58,974 bases of DNA, filler included, from Diploschistes diacapsis (GCA_023645945.1; 5 parts of 5 records of this genome joined end to end with filler, not necessarily neighbours in it), one strand, 5' to 3'; counted from the first letter of the whole stretch, positions 12,733 through 26,670 are shown. Program-made: numbers and translations. The notes: a model not told the origin generated them from the sequence alone.

Positions 12733-12863
12733 AGATAAGGTAATAGAAACCTCTCGCACGGCTCAGTTAAAGGAAGCTGTATCTCTTCTTTCCTGGTATT
12801 GCTCGGGCTGTGGATCTGTCAAGTAATGTATCCTCTTATCTTATCAAGACTGTTCCCTTATCT
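12733..12863. promoter_or_regulatory. Cluster of GATAAG/CTTATC sites upstream of uricase (candidate AreA/NIT2 sites)
   Basis: AGATAAG ~12733, CTTATCTTATC ~12835, CTTATC ~12857; purine catabolic genes are classic targets of nitrogen GATA factors. Confidence 0.5.
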
Positions 12864-13010
12864 GCTGTTTAAGCCTAGTATTCTATCTTTTCTATATCTC
12901 TAGCCCATGTTAGACTCAACATCAGCCCGAAGTTACTTTAGAGACTTAATTGAAATACCAGCTTTGAAGGTTTTCGCATCGCCTAGGATCCTCTTTTGCA
13001 TCTTACTACA

Positions 13011-14064
13011 ATGCCTACCCTCTCTGCAGCTCGCTACGGCAAAGACAACATACGCGTTCACAAAGTTCAGCGAGACCCCTCAACCGGCGTCCAAGATGTA
13101 ACAGAAATGACAGTAACCGTTCTCCTGGAAGGCGAGATCGATAGCTCGTAGGCTATGATCCCCCAATTTACCTCCCTATAATCAATTATATCAAGCTAAC
13201 CTATTCCTTAACATAGCTACACCGTTGCCGACAATAGCGTCGTTGTCCCAACGGACACCATGAAGCAAACGACCTACATAATCGCTAAGCAGAACCCCGT
13301 CAACCCGCCCGAGCTCTTCGCCTCTATCCTCTCCACACATTTCATAAACGCGTACAAGCACATCCACACAGCAACCGTCAAAGTTGTGCAGCACCGCTGG
13401 GCGCGGCTCAACATTAATGGCAAACCGCATCCGCACTCTTTCTACCGCGACAGCAGCGAGACACGCAATGCTGAGGTCGTAGCCACCGAGGATGGCAAAA
13501 CGGGAAAGACGAGTTTGAGCGTGCAATCGGCGCTGAAAGGACTGTTGGTACTGAAGAGCACAGGCTCAGCGTTCCATGGATTTAATAAGGATGAGTATAC
13601 GATTTTGAAGGAGACGGAAGATCGGATACTGAGTACGGAGGTGGATGCTGCCTGGCTGTGGGGTGAAATGGACAGCCTGACCGCTGCAAAGGCTATGGCG
13701 GCTGTGGGCAAGTTCGATCAGGCGTGGGAGTTGGCGAGAGAGGTCACGCTGAAGACCTTCGCGACAGATGACAGTCCCAGCGTGCAAAATACGATGTACA
13801 AAACGTGTGAGCAGATCTTGGCCGCGGTGTCGGAAGTACAGACGGTGGATTACCAGTTGCCAAACAAACATTATTTTGAGATTGGTGAGTGGCGTATTAA
13901 GCGTGCCTTTTCCTGGTATCGGTGACGAATCGAAGATCGCTAACAGCTGACGTCCAGATTTGAGCTGGCACAAGGGTCTCAAAAACACTGGCCCGGATGC
14001 GGAGGTCTATGCGCCTCAAACGGATCCCAATGGTTTGATTCAATGTAAAGTTACTCGCTCTTAG
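13011..14064 (+). CDS. uaZ: Urate oxidase (uricase); exons 13011-13147, 13217-13884, 13958-14064
   Basis: ARYGKDNIRV, DNSVVVPTDTMKQ, LLVLKSTGSAF, SPSVQNTMY, LPNKHYFEIDLSWHKG, PNGLI. Confidence 0.95.
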
Positions 14065-14433
14065 GCCGTTAGTGCCTATCACCCCCCCATTTGGGGTAAT
14101 GGATAATTCGGCTCCGCTCGTTGCGTTTCATAGTTCATGGATTGCTTTTACGGCATTGGATCTAGCTTTCTGGGAAGAAAGAGGAGTACCGCATTAGCGT
14201 ATATGTCACAAGCTGTAGAATAAATCACACTTCATCTACTAATGCTAATTTCGTTCACAACATTTGATATAAGAGCTCTCAAGCACCCCAAGACAACTCA
14301 AGCATTGGCGCTGTCGGCAATTCCCCCGAATGGCCCACTCGAAACGAATACACAGTACCTTCGCCAGTACTGTACAAAACCCCAATCCACAACGCGCTGT
14401 CACAGCCCACCCAACCTCACCCAAGCCCACCAC

Positions 14434-14533
14434 NNNNNNNNNNNNNNNNNNNNNNNNNNNNNNNNNNNNNNNNNNNNTTAATTAATTAANNNNNNNNNNN
14501 NNNNNNNNNNNNNNNNNNNNNNNNNNNNNNNNN
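14434..14533. other. Artificial contig spacer
   Basis: N-TTAATTAATTAA-N. Confidence 0.97.
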
Positions 14534-14941
14534 ATATACGAGATCTGGTTAAACAAAAACGCATCAAAATATTTTATATTTCTACCGATAAAATAATTGC
14601 TGATAAACTTACGAAACTATTAAACTACTCGAAACACGACGCCTTTATCAAGGGATTCGGCCTAATCTAAAAAATATTTAGTTAAACTATATAAATATAT
14701 TAAACGATTCCGTTTATAAGAAAATATTAAGAAAATAAACAGAAAATATAACTAAAAATTCGATTAAATTTTAGTCGAAGGTTCAATTTAACTGAATTTT
14801 TTAAGATTTTAATTAGACCGATCGGGAATAATATTGATAATAAGGCTTAACGGATCCCGTAGGGTATAAAAGTCTGCGCAGTAAGATATCTTCATAGGAT
14901 AAGACCTCTAGACTTCAATATATCCATTACGTTGCCAAACA
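14534..14941 (+). mobile_element. 3' end of RIP-degraded Ty1/copia retrotransposon with 3' LTR at ~14725-14941
   Basis: STDKIIADKLTKLL...HDAFIKGFGL resembles the copia RNase H C-terminus (IADxLTKPL); the LTR aligns with a less mutated copy at 50252-51371. Confidence 0.75.
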
Positions 14942-15003
14942 TAGATCACTGATGATTAAGAGTGTATTCAGCAGCTAGTCTTAATTAGGAAATATTCCTA
15001 GCC

Positions 15004-15350
15004 TGTTTAGCCTGGTAGCTGACTATTGTTCAGTAATAATATATTGAAGAGGTTGAAGGTTATAACTAAGAACGATGGAGGGTGAGAGGCCTTTTATAGG
15101 CACATTTCACGCTAGTGTGATTAGTAATAATTTAATCTAGAATGTTCTTTATCCTTCTAAATCATTCCATGCATTAATAAGCCGAATATTCTAGAATATT
15201 CTAGAATATTCGATGATATTCGATAATCTTCGATGATGTTTTATTATGTTCTAGAATATTCTAGAACCTTCTAGAACCTTCCAGAATATTCGAACATGCT
15301 AGAAGCTTAATAAGCAGTCTGACTAACCTATTTAGGTTAGTATTCTGACA
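15004..15350 (-). mobile_element. Probable solo LTR (TG...CA) with internal TTCTAGAA repeats
   Basis: Minus strand starts TGTCAGAATAC and ends GCTAAACA; AT-rich with repeated TTCTAGAA; no TSD seen. Confidence 0.45.
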
Positions 15351-15429
15351 AAAAATCGAAGAAAAAGATGAAAGTTGTAATGGGAAGTGGCCCACTTCTG
15401 GGGGTGGCCCACTTCCCCGTCAAACACGT
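15351..15429. mobile_element. Terminal fragment of a Fot1/pogo-like DNA transposon
   Basis: Ends ...CAAACACGT followed by TA, with duplicated GTGGCCCACTTC in the putative TIR; partner end not found. Confidence 0.45.
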
Positions 15430-15730
15430 TACGCGCGAGAACGAGAAATATAAACACTACGGGAAGTTTAATTTAGTTCAATTAATAATATTCTTAACCA
15501 CGACTTTTTGGAATTAATTTCTTATCTACGGTTTTTTCTGCGCCCATAAAGACACTAATCTGTAACTATAGTCCTGCGCTTCGCTTTAGGAATGAGTTTC
15601 CGTATTTTGCTAAGCGAGCCGAGTCGGCCAAGAGAGGTGATTGGTTCGGTTTGACTTCACTAATTGTCTTTCCTCCAAGCTTGTAAATCAAATCATCCCA
15701 TCCTCGCCGATATTCCGTCCCTGATCCACA

Positions 15731-17479
15731 ATGTACCGCGCAAAGCAAGCCCGAGTAGAAGAAGACGACGACGAGGTAAGCCAACCAACCCTCCCCCGAA
15801 ACCCTCCCTACACCTTGCGAACCCAGCGTTCATAAGACACAAACCCAGAAGCCAAGCTGCACAAATGGCTCGCGCACGACGAATTCCCCAGAGAGCGCCG
15901 GCTGATCCCTTGGCAAATGGATAGGACTCGGAGGGAGTCGACCTCGCAAACATCCGTACTGCCCCCCCACCACATCCCCCCAACCGCAACCAGCTCACAT
16001 CTCCCAGCAACGGACCGCGACTATGTCATGCCCTCGGTCAGCGCGGGCGTTGCGCCCGAAAAGGCGTCCGCCATCCTCTCGCAGTTCGAGCGCAAGCGCA
16101 AGGCGGCGGCGCTGGCGGTGCCGACGGACGACGGGCGCGTGCGCGCCAAGCTCCGCGAGATGGGCGAGCCGATGACGCTGTTCGGGGAAGACGCGGCGGA
16201 TCGACGGGGCCGGCTGCGGCACCTGATGCTGGAATCGGTCGAGGACGAGATGGCGGACGGGGGCGAAGAAATGGCGGACGCGCAGGACGACGAGGCGGGG
16301 GAGGAGGAGTTCTACACGGAGGGCATCCCGGATCTGCTGGAGGCGCGGAAGTGGATCGCCAGGTACTCGATACCGCGGGCGAAGGAGCGGGTGGCGGCGC
16401 AGAAGGCGGAGAGCGGCATCGCGCTGAGGATACATAGCAAGCACCGCAAGGCGATCAAGGACCGGCTGCAGATGTTCGAGCTGGCGGGGAGCCAGATAGC
16501 GGGGAATCGGCCGGTGGCTATTGCGCGCTTTGCGCCGAATGGGGAGAGTTTGGCGGCGGGGAACTGGGGAGGTGGGATCGAGGTGTTGGACGTGCCGAAC
16601 TTGGAGAGGAAGAGGTCTCTGAACGCGCACACGGGTCGTGTCGGGGGGCTGGCGTGGATGCCCGGTGCGACGTTGCCGGGGAGCTCCGTGTCGGAGGACT
16701 CGGCGAACCTTGCCTCGGGCGCAGAGGACGGCACGGTGCGTCTATGGTCTCTGACGCAAGACGACCCGATATCCACGCTGACCGGTCACTCGGGGCGGGT
16801 ATGTCGGGTGGAATTCCACCCCTCGGGCCGCTACATCGCCTCCGCATCCTACGACACCTCGTGGCGACTGTGGGACGTCGAAACCGGCACGGAGCTGTTG
16901 ATCCAGGAAGGCCACTCGCGCGAGCTGTACACGGTCAGCTTCAACATCGACGGCTCCCTCCTCGCCAGCGCCGGCCTCGACAGCATCGGCCGCATCTGGG
17001 ACCTGCGCACAGGCCGCACGCTCATGATCCTCGACGGCCACATCCGCGAGATCTACGCGCTGGACTGGGGCGTCGACGGCTACCGGGTGCTCTCGGGCTC
17101 GGGCGACGGCTTCGTCAAGTGCTGGGATCTGCGCATGGTGCGGGAGGCCGGGCGGATCGGCGCGCACGGGAACGTGGTTTCGGACCTGCGGTGGTTCAAG
17201 GGCCTCGACGGCTCCGGCGCGGAGGCGACGGCGAGGAAGAAGGACGGCGGCGACGGGGAGACGAAGCCGCGGAAGTCGGGCAGTTTCTTCGTCTCGAGCG
17301 GGTACGACAAGCGCGTCAATATCTTCTCGGCGGACGATTGGGCGCTGGTCAAGTCGCTGAGCGGGCATGCGGGCAATGTCACGAGCGTCGATGTCACGGC
17401 CGATAGCAGGTGGATTGCGAGCAGTGGCCAGGACAGGACGGTCAAGCTCTGGGGATGCGACGACGGCTTGGGCATCTAG
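15731..17479 (+). CDS. PRP4: U4/U6 snRNP WD40 protein Prp4; likely exons 15731-15775, 15925-15955, 16008-17479
   Basis: PRP4 motif AVPTDDGRVRAKLREMGEPMTLFGEDAADRRGRL, EEFYTEG, followed by WD40 repeats (GH...WD); upstream exons inferred from GT/AG sites. Confidence 0.92.
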
Positions 17480-18059
17480 CGAGATATCATACTTTTCTAT
17501 GGATGGCTAGACAGGGGGGGATCCCAAGTGGTCTAGTTGTCGAGGCGGCCCCATCCTCTGCATCCCTCTGGTGATCATGTAGACGCAGTAATGCACACAA
17601 GGCTTCATTCAAGGGTGCCCCCTATGATCTTGTGGTCAAGTTAAGATTGATTGAGATTCTGATTACCGCGATAGGTTAAGTGGCTAGATGGTCGTTGACT
17701 CTGTATATCGTGAAAAAAACGGGGATTCAATCTACGCTTCCGAACGGCAATATCAAACTATCTTTCTTAAGGTGTTTTGGGCGATCCTTGGTTTCAGTTG
17801 GATCATGATAGGCAAGTGTGCAACACAAACAGGAATCTGGGAATCACGTGAAAGAACCCGTTTCGAGGAGAGGATCAAGCAGATCTGACATCGAGGAGGA
17901 GGAGGAGTATGTGCTGAACACCTAAGGGGGAAAGAGGCTTGAAGAATATATCTATGTAAGGGTACTTCTCACCCACGATAGGGCTTTATGCATTAATCAA
18001 AAGTCTGCTCTCCCGCACCGCCACCGCCGGCGTAATGTCGGAGACCGAATCAATCGTCG

Positions 18060-19040
18060 TCCTCCAACGCACTAATCCGCCCCATGGCGCCCACGATCTT
18101 CGCTTTCGCCCTCCTTGGAGATCTCGGAATAGGGGCCTCCGCGGCAGGAGCCGCCTCTCGGCGTCCTCGATGCCGGCCCCTCGGCGCCGTGAACACGGCC
18201 GCGGCGTACTTTGTGCACGCGATGCCGGCCCTGGTGGGCTCCTCGGCGAGCGCGAGCTGCCCCTGCAGGCGCAGCGCGCGCTCGTGGCGGCCGTGGCTCC
18301 ACAGTGCATACAGGCGGGCGACGGAAGCGCGGGAAGACGTTGGCGAAGGCGGCGATGCAGCCGGCGCCGCCGACGGCGAGCCCGCCCCAGCAGGAAGTCC
18401 GACTGGCCCGCCGAACGCGGCGAAACGGTGCGGCGGGAAGGTGGCGGACAGGCGCGCGATCTTGGCGACGGGAGCCGCAGGTCAGCTTGGCGCCGACGAC
18501 GTTGGGGTTGCGCTGCGCGACGCCCGCCATCGCCTCCGAGGACGGGTCCAGCCCGTTGCAGACGGCCGGGAAGTTGGTACAGGATGATGGGCAGCGGCGC
18601 CACGGCGCTGGCCACCTGGTCGGAAAGAAGCCGTCCACCACGGGCCGCCGTCGTCTGCTTGCCGAAGTAGGCGCACGGTAGCAGCAGCAGGAAATCCGCC
18701 CCGGCGTCCCGTGCGTCGCCGATGTACTCGAGGACCTGCGCGGTCGAGTGGCCCGAGACGCGGGCGATGATTGGGTAGCCTGGCGGAACGCTCTTCCGGG
18801 CCGTTCGTAGTAAGGCTCTGCGCTCTTCCCGTGTTAGGAAGAACGTTTCTGCGTTGGTGCCGAGAACCACAATGCCCTTGAGTCCTGTCGATGACAGGAA
18901 TAGTACTTGGCTTGTGCCTCTAGGTCAAGCCGGTCGGTTTTAAGATTAAAGAAGGTAATTGCCGGAACGTAGCAACCAGGCTCCGGTACTCGGCAGGTGC
19001 TGGATCCCCCATAACTACCAGCTATTATCGCAGAGGCAGA
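18060..19040 (-). pseudogene. DHDPS-family class I aldolase pseudogene (LGA1/GaaC- or HOGA-like)
   Basis: PGCYVPAITFF, VVLGTNAETFFLTREER, AGADFLLLLPCAYFG, NFPAVCNGLD and Schiff-base Lys in VVGAKLTCG, spread over several frames. Confidence 0.8.
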
Positions 19041-19229
19041 AAATGATGTCGGCCTTAGTGAATAAGGGGCGCGCAAAAGCTCATAAAAAGTTTATGCATG
19101 TTCTTCTTCAGTCAAACAAAAAAGATTTGAAAGAATATTCATCAAGTGCTCAATAACTTCCGTTGCATGCCTCTTGCGCTACGGAATGCAAGACCGATGA
19201 TGTCTCTCAGCCCCTATGCTGCCAAGACC

Positions 19230-20620
19230 AGCACTGTAAGTTACCCGGAACAGAAATACAGCTCGTGAACAAGCCGTTGCCTCAGCTCTTAGCTCTTCGG
19301 AACGTGCCATCTTGCAACCTATCGAATCCGCCGCTGTTCTTGGTCGTCCTTCGCAGTAGGTACTGTATGCACTCCTGCACGCTACCCTAAGTCAAACACT
19401 TGTACATCTTCGGCACTACTGCAACCCTCTTCTTCGATCCACCGGAACCTGTCCTCGGGGAAGCCCCAGGCTCGTCCCTTGTAGAAGATCGCGCACGATG
19501 CCGTTGAATGGGTCATCTGCGCCGGTCTCGGCGTCGTGGATCTTCTCCCGCTGGTCGTTGCCAATGTAGGCGCCGCGGACGAGCTTGACGGCGAGCGCGA
19601 GCTGGTGCTCGAGCTTCGGCCACGACGCCTTCAGGTAGGCTTGCAGCCTGTTGTAGACGACGAGCCCGACCGCCCCGGTTGTAGCGGCGTATCAGCTCGA
19701 TCGTCCAGCGGTCAATGACCGTCTGCAGCACCTGCTGTTCTGCATCGATCCCAGATTCTGCACTTCTTCGATAGTGCCCGGTCGCAGATCGACGTGCTTG
19801 CTTGGAGGAATTTTTCCGGTGGCTCTCCGTTTTGTAATAGAGCTTCGGTCACTTGAGTTCCTGCTCCTGTGGTCCTATATAGGAATTTTTCGTCAGCGAT
19901 GTTTTTGTTGTATCGAGGAACCTCTTTTCTGTTTTTACTTACTTTAGTTGATCCTGACCCAGCCTTCTTCCCCTATCATGTCAAGAGTCTCGAGATTTCC
20001 TTCTCTCTACTGCTTGATCTCCTCGGGCTGAACCATCTGCTGGCCCGTCGAGCGAAATCCACAGTTTTTGGAGATTTGAATTTATCGCCCACAGCAGAGG
20101 ATATGCCAGAAAAACCATTTCCTTGATCGTCTGTCTGGTCTTCCTTATTTCGTATTTGTTGGCTCTAGCGCAAAATGATCATATATAAACCGTTTCACGA
20201 GGAACCTGACAAGCGCATTCCGCTCGGGCTCAGGAGCAGAGAACAGGAATTCGACGATCTGGCCCATGATAGGCAGAGCCAGCCTGATCAGTGTGGGAGA
20301 CGTGAACAACGCGCCAAGCATCAGGTTTCTACCAAGGACGAGGTTAGCATTCTCTGTAGGTGGTTCGTCCTCTTAACCCGGCTGTTCTTAGGGTGCTTAG
20401 TGTGGAGTCGTAGTGCAGAGGTCTTCACGGTAGTTGCATACTTGAAAGTGGAGTCAGATGGAAAGAAACTTGCTTGGATGGCTCCCTTCCAGGGAACCCA
20501 AGCTCTTTGGGACAATGCCAAAGGCCCCTTACATTTGTACTATTTACAAGAGCTTGAACCTGTAAAAAGTTCAGAAGGAAGAAAACGGGACAAACCGAAC
20601 CCAGCATAAAGCAGTTCATA
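19230..20620 (-). pseudogene. Proline dehydrogenase (PUT1/prnD-like) pseudogene
   Basis: Fragments RFIYDHF, GIDAEQQVLQTVIDRWTIELIRRYN, LQAYLK, LAVKLVRGAYI, *GSVQECIQYLLRR with frameshifts and stops. Confidence 0.8.
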
Positions 20621-20929
20621 ATACGATTGGCAGACTTTCCATATGACGGTGCATGCTGTGACCCTAAGACGCATCATTATTAAATGGTCCTGCGTGTCCA
20701 ATTCTACCTACCGTAACTCGAACTCCCAGTTCGTTGGTCTGGATGTGGGGTAGGAAGGGCATCTGACCCCATTCCTTCAGCCGTAAGAGATACGGAAGAT
20801 GGTCCCGAAGGTGTTCGGTTTGTGCCCGATCAGGGCAATTCGGTCACATCCACACAAGCATAAATGGAGGGAAAGGAGATTCAGCAGAACCGGAGCCCAA
20901 GAGTTTGTGGTACATCTTGTTGCTACAGG

Positions 20930-23400
20930 CTATGGGAGAGGACCACGTAGATTGTCAGTCGCCAGCCAGTAATCAAAGTGATCGAAGTTGAAAGATTGAG
21001 CAAATGATTGCAACTGTTTTCCGCTGAACAACCCATCCTCGGAGCTGAAGTCGCCTGATCCATCAAAATAATCTGGAGCGGGATCAGCACTTTCAACAGT
21101 CACCGCAGCAGCCACTCCAGATGAAGTGGGATTTGCAATATCCGAGATGTCCACCTGGCCACCTTTGAACAATCGTTCAGGGGGCTTCGGGAATTCTTCA
21201 TGTTTTCATCTAGCTGCTGCAGTTCCGACTTCTGTAAGTCAGCAATGACATTATCCCGACAAGTCATTTCATTTAGTATGTCATAAGCTGTCTCCAACCA
21301 CGAGCCGTTGTCCCGCAACGAAGATTCATCTGCACTGCAGCAAGACTTAGCACAGTTGCTGCTGAGAAACCAGCCTCGCGGTCAAAGGGAAGAAAGCCGT
21401 TTAAAAGAAGATCAGTTGAAGATAGGCAAAGTAACGCGATTCGCGAGTCCTCTTAGCGAGAAGACCTTGAGCCTGGAGTGCCCCCAAAAATGCGCACTGT
21501 CTGCTTTGCGGAGCTTACGCAGACTCGTAGCAAGAATCTGGCACATCCTTCAAAACTTATATGTAAGGGCCAAGGAGATCCTAGTCTTTTCTGCCAGAAG
21601 AAGAACAGTAGTGGTCTCGTAGCCGAAACCAGACACTGTCATTCCAAATTGGCATGGGGAGGGATGGCATATTCGTCGTGGTCCATACCTGACGGTGAAA
21701 GAGATGTAGTACTCCGCCCGAAGTTTGTTTCAAGTCCACTGGGAAGATGCTCTTTCGTTTATCACCTCCTTCTGCAATTGTTCCCAGGGCATCTTTCAAA
21801 TTCTTAGCAAAAGACTTTTCGCCGCTTCCGGTCTTGCTGTATACGACTAAATAAGAGTACGAGCAAATCGAAGACATCATTTAGAGCCAAGGATTTCCTA
21901 GCAGAGTCAGAGAAGGAGGGCGGGGTCGCAGTGATATCGCTGTCCGAGATTGAAACTGGGGTTCCCAGATAGTAAGACACGCGACGATCCAGGATATAGA
22001 CAATCCACTATGTATCACGACACCTTGCGACCACTTCGTCGGGCTCCATGATGACCAAGCATATTAGTATGCAGGTCCTGCTCCACCGCAAGACGCATGG
22101 CCTGTCCGATCTGTTTCTCTAGTCAGAAGTACAGAACGTCGTCTCCTGGGGGAAACAACCTACGATATTGTGCGCCATGTTTCTCATGTCAATGCATTGT
22201 ACATAGAACGCCGCACAAATCAGTACTGCAAATGCCTAAATGGGATCCATGCACAAGGTTATATCCCGAAGCATTTCCATGGCTCGAATAAAAAGATCGG
22301 CACCTGGTGGCCTTCGATCCTTTCCAATACGGATGATGGAGGCTTTGCCAAAGGCCAAAACCAGTAGATAGTGGATATACCAAAGGATAGGGGGCTTATG
22401 GTTGCCATTAGCATGCTCGTGGAATAGGTCGAATTGAACCATGAACAGACGTTTGTCAAAGACATGGAAGAGATGACTGCAGTGAAACTTGACCACGTTG
22501 ATCAAGAACAGGGCATGATCAGCAGCGAAAGGAGAGGTGCAGTCGATGGCTACATTGTCCCCAAGACCATTCCAATCAATAGCGTAGGTGGAGCTTTGGA
22601 AGAGGAGGCTTTGTGGCGGTAGACGGTTACCGCTTACTCGTTCGTGTACCATGCTTAGGACTCTCCTGCCAAAAGACCAGTTTAACGAGGTACCTAGGTA
22701 TACTATGAGTGTTCATTAGGTTTGGTGCGTTGGTCGAATGTACTTTAACTTCCTTCTCCGTTTGACCCAGAGGGTCCACGATATAGCAGGATGTGTTCCC
22801 CGGTATTAGAGGATTACCAAGACGAGAGTGTGGAAGCAGCGACTCGTCAGGATAGGATCCTGATCTCGGAGGGTCTGCATGCTGGACAGATTGCTCCCGT
22901 GGAGGCGCGGCCACAGGAGGGGGCGTGGTATTTGGATCAAGGCCGGAAGCTACTATATTTCCCAAAATACAGATTAGAATAGCCGTGCTTGCAAGATGTA
23001 AATCAAGGCGAGCGAACCTTACAGATTTCATGATTCAAGTCATTCCGAGACAGCTCTAGGGGGCGTCTATTTCAACTTCCACTTCCCGATTGGGCCGAGG
23101 TGATCTCGAACTCCGGAAGCTCATTCTGGTCCTGTTCAGCCTGAGGAGACGTGAATTCAGAAGCTGGAAGGCCCGAGTCGTGCCGATCACGTGCAGAGCC
23201 TCGCGCAATGAATATGCCGACGAAGAAAACTCTTCAGAAGGCGGCCACACAAATTGGCTGTACACACGTATGCATTGCTCGCATGGCTGTGTACCAGAAC
23301 ACCTGATCTTTTGCTGGCGGCAGCGAATGCACCTGAGAACATGGGGTGAATCAAGCAGTCATAGGCGGACCAAACCCCAGAAAGTCCACCAACGCGTTGG
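20930..23400 (-). pseudogene. Zn2Cys6 transcription factor pseudogene, Put3/PrnA-like
   Basis: CIRCRQQKIRCSGTQPCEQC cluster (~23270-23330, sixth Cys lost); middle homology region DHALFLINVVKFHCSHLFHVFD...LWYIHYLLVLAFGKA...PPGADLFIRAM; broken frames. Confidence 0.75.
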
Positions 23401-24689
23401 GCACACGAGGCCGTTTCCGGATCTCCCGGCCAGCGGTTTGCATGACAATATCGAGTTTGGGGGCAGCGCATTTCTGCTGCCTCCTTACGTTGCGTACACC
23501 GAGCCACAGATATAGATGCGATGAGACAGCGGGAAAGGCGGGCATTATAACACTGCAGGCAACATGGTGCGGAAAGAGGAGGCAGTCACTGGGTGTCAAA
23601 GCTGTTTTGGTACGGGGTTTATTTTTATCTGCCTTGTTCTACAGCTGGGGCTCCTCGGATGTTGCTTCAAATACTGCTTTATATGCTACTTCATATGCTC
23701 GGGCTGCTGTGGTCGCTTTGCAAAACGCTTCGAAAAAAGCTTCACCAGAGCTTCATATCTGGCGCTTGGACTACGGAAACTTGTGGATCTCGGCGTTATA
23801 TATTCACGTACCTATCTGACTGGTTGGAATGCCCTTTCTCAGCAATGATCCACTCGACATCGAGCTGCATGCCAAAGCCAAACCTGCAGAATACCTTTTA
23901 TATATGAATGCACGATAATTGCACCGATACCGATCCCCATACGCCTCGGAAGGGGAATCCGATAATCTCTTTCTCTTGGCACCGATGTTCAGAATGACCC
24001 TCTTCCTCGTCTTTTTCCCCTCGGTCGCGTTCGAGCACATATAGCAGCTACTCTGATAAGCTAGCTGCTAACAGGCTGATCTACACCTTTCATTTGAGCT
24101 TGCCAAATGGCCACGCCTGCTGAGCAGCGCATCGAAAACCCTAGCCATATAGCTATTTTCCAAAGCAATGTTGTGCCTACTCGAGCCGCTCTCGCTGCTG
24201 CTCCCACGGTAGGCCTGCCGCGTCTCATGGTAGTTATCTGCCTTTCATATTCTGCTACCATATCTTTTTACCGTTGCGCGTGGTCATTCTCCATATTTTC
24301 CCTATGGACTTTCTTTTCTGGCCATGCTCGGAGACCTGACACTGAGTTCTTTGATTCGCGTGTTTCCCACATCACAGCCCAAGATTGACAATTGGGGCCG
24401 ACATCTTAAGATCTCTGGAGATCCCGAGGGGTCCAGATCGTCCATTATCGACATACCGGTCCTCTTTGCATCCTCTGGCACATAACCATATTTGAGGCTT
24501 TCGCTCTTGGCCGCCGCTATATATTGGTGTAGGTATCTGTCAGTAACCCGGTTTAGACTCCTTCATTGTCTCTTCGTCCGACGTGGTGTCACAGTGGTAT
24601 TCTCGAAACCTGAATGTCGATTGTTTCAGGCACTTGCAGAGCTGAGAGCAGATTGTGAAACAATGGATGGGATCTGGGGAAGGCACAGT

Positions 24690-26670
24690 ATATGAATATT
24701 GGGAACAGGGATCTAAGGAGGTCAAGGAGGTTGACCTGCACCCTGTGGTTAGCATTCAGGATGGTCATGTCGAAGAAAGCAAAGACGGGCACTCCCATCG
24801 TTCTTTCTCGCCTCGACAGGTTCATGTTAGACATTGGATTTCTCGAGCAGAGGATTTTCTTTGCGCACTATAGATCATCTCCTTAGGATCAAAATTTTTT
24901 CCAGGATCTTCATCTGGTCAGGCGCTGCCTTTGCAGCTGGCGGTCCCGGCAACAATATCATTGCATACGCTCTGGTTTGCAGCTGTGTTTGGGCAGTATT
25001 ACAGACAGTCGCAGAATTGACCATTGCTTTCCCGGTGTCAGGCAGTTATATCGATCATGCCGACCGTTGGTCGATCCGGCTCTTGCGTTTAGTGCTGGTC
25101 TTGCTGAGTGGCTTGGTACGTAGTAACCATTTTATTTCTCGCAAATGTCTCGAAGCACCTAATACTGCAATAGGCTGGACGGCCATCGTGGGTTCCGATG
25201 CTGCGTTCTTCCACACATTTGTGTTATTCTGGAGGGCCTAAATCGTTTCCGGCGGCCGCGTCTTGTAAGTTCCTGCCAATATGGAAACGCATCGTCCCCT
25301 CCAATATAGCAAGCAAGTACTCACTAACTGGACAGTGACCATATTCATCCTGGCTTGCGTCATCATCTTCACCATGCCGAACAAGATATTCGCCTTGTCG
25401 AGACGATAGCTTCGTTGAACAAGATCATCTTCTTTGCGCTAATTTTGCTTCTTTCACTGGCAATTGTCTATGGTGCTGGACCACAGAGATATATGCATAA
25501 TGGAAGTTTTTGTGAGACCTCCCGGTGTTCTAAATGGATTTTCTGTACGCAAAAATCTTGTCAGTTTCTTGCTATAGCAACATATTGACTAACCGATCTA
25601 AGGTTTTGCAAATGCAGCACTTCTTGCAAAGTGGGCAGTCGGTGACCACATCTTCATCGGCGTCATGGGTGGTGAGGCGCAGAATCCTCGTTTCTCAATG
25701 GGCCGTGCCACCAACCTCGTACCATACCGGGTAAGCTTTATCTACATGGCATGTATCATTTTCATTATAGTTCCAGTACCTTCCGACGATAATCAATTGT
25801 TGGGAGGGTCCGGTGTGGCTGCCTCCCCTTTCGTTATCGCAATTCAAGGCGTGGGCATACCTGTAGTGCCTCCTCGGTGAATGCAGGAATCATGCGTGGC
25901 ATTCTTGCGATTGCAATAGAGTCTGTCTACCTCTCTTCACTAGTTTTGAGCGCTACGGCGCACCAGTGATCGATTTCAGGGTGGGTAGCAAAAGTCGACA
26001 GCAAGGGCTGACCAAGGCGATCTCTGTACATCACCTGTGGTATGGCGGCGATCTTCACGTACATGAATCTTAGTGGTGAGATTTTGAGACATAGCTGCGC
26101 TCAGAATGTGCTAGTTTTCATTGACTGACACCATGCAGCTGGGGGCACTCTCGCCTTGAATGGGTCAATCCAGATAACTGCGGCTTCGTTCTTTATCAAC
26201 TGGATGCTTGTTGCCTTTACATCTTGGTGTTTCCACAAAGCTGTCGAAGCTCAGTAAGACTCACTCTTCGATCAACCATATGCTTGGAAATCAACTGCAT
26301 GGCGAATCCCACCCGGCTGGCTCATGTTAATTTGTTGCATACTATTGATCAGTTGTTTCGCAGTTGGTATTAGGGCGCTTGTGAGTGGATTCAAGCTTCC
26401 CTCTTGCGGCGCTGCTGCTGACGTACGATATAGGGTGACGAGCTGAGTGACTTCACGGGCACAGAACTTCTTCGAGTACACGCCAGGCGTTTGGATCGTC
26501 ACGGGACTCACCATCATTTACGAGGTCCCCTTCAGGACTCCTGGCGTTCGCTTTCAACTGCCCACCTTCAGACTGGTCGTATTGTCCTGACCGACGTGGG
26601 AAATTTGCCAGCTGGATGGTTATAATGCGAAGCCAACGTGGGCGGCGTTTCTTGTCATACATCACAGGTT
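24690..26670 (+). pseudogene. APC-family amino acid permease pseudogene (PUT4/prnB-like)
   Basis: HRSFSPRQVH, GAAFAAGGPG...AELTIAFPVSG, GGEAQNPRFSMGRA, VPSDDNQLLGGSGVAASPFVIAI; stops and frameshifts. Confidence 0.8.

Noticed and set aside
15995..17475. Several long overlapping ORFs within PRP4
   Set aside because: GC-rich shadow frames of a conserved gene
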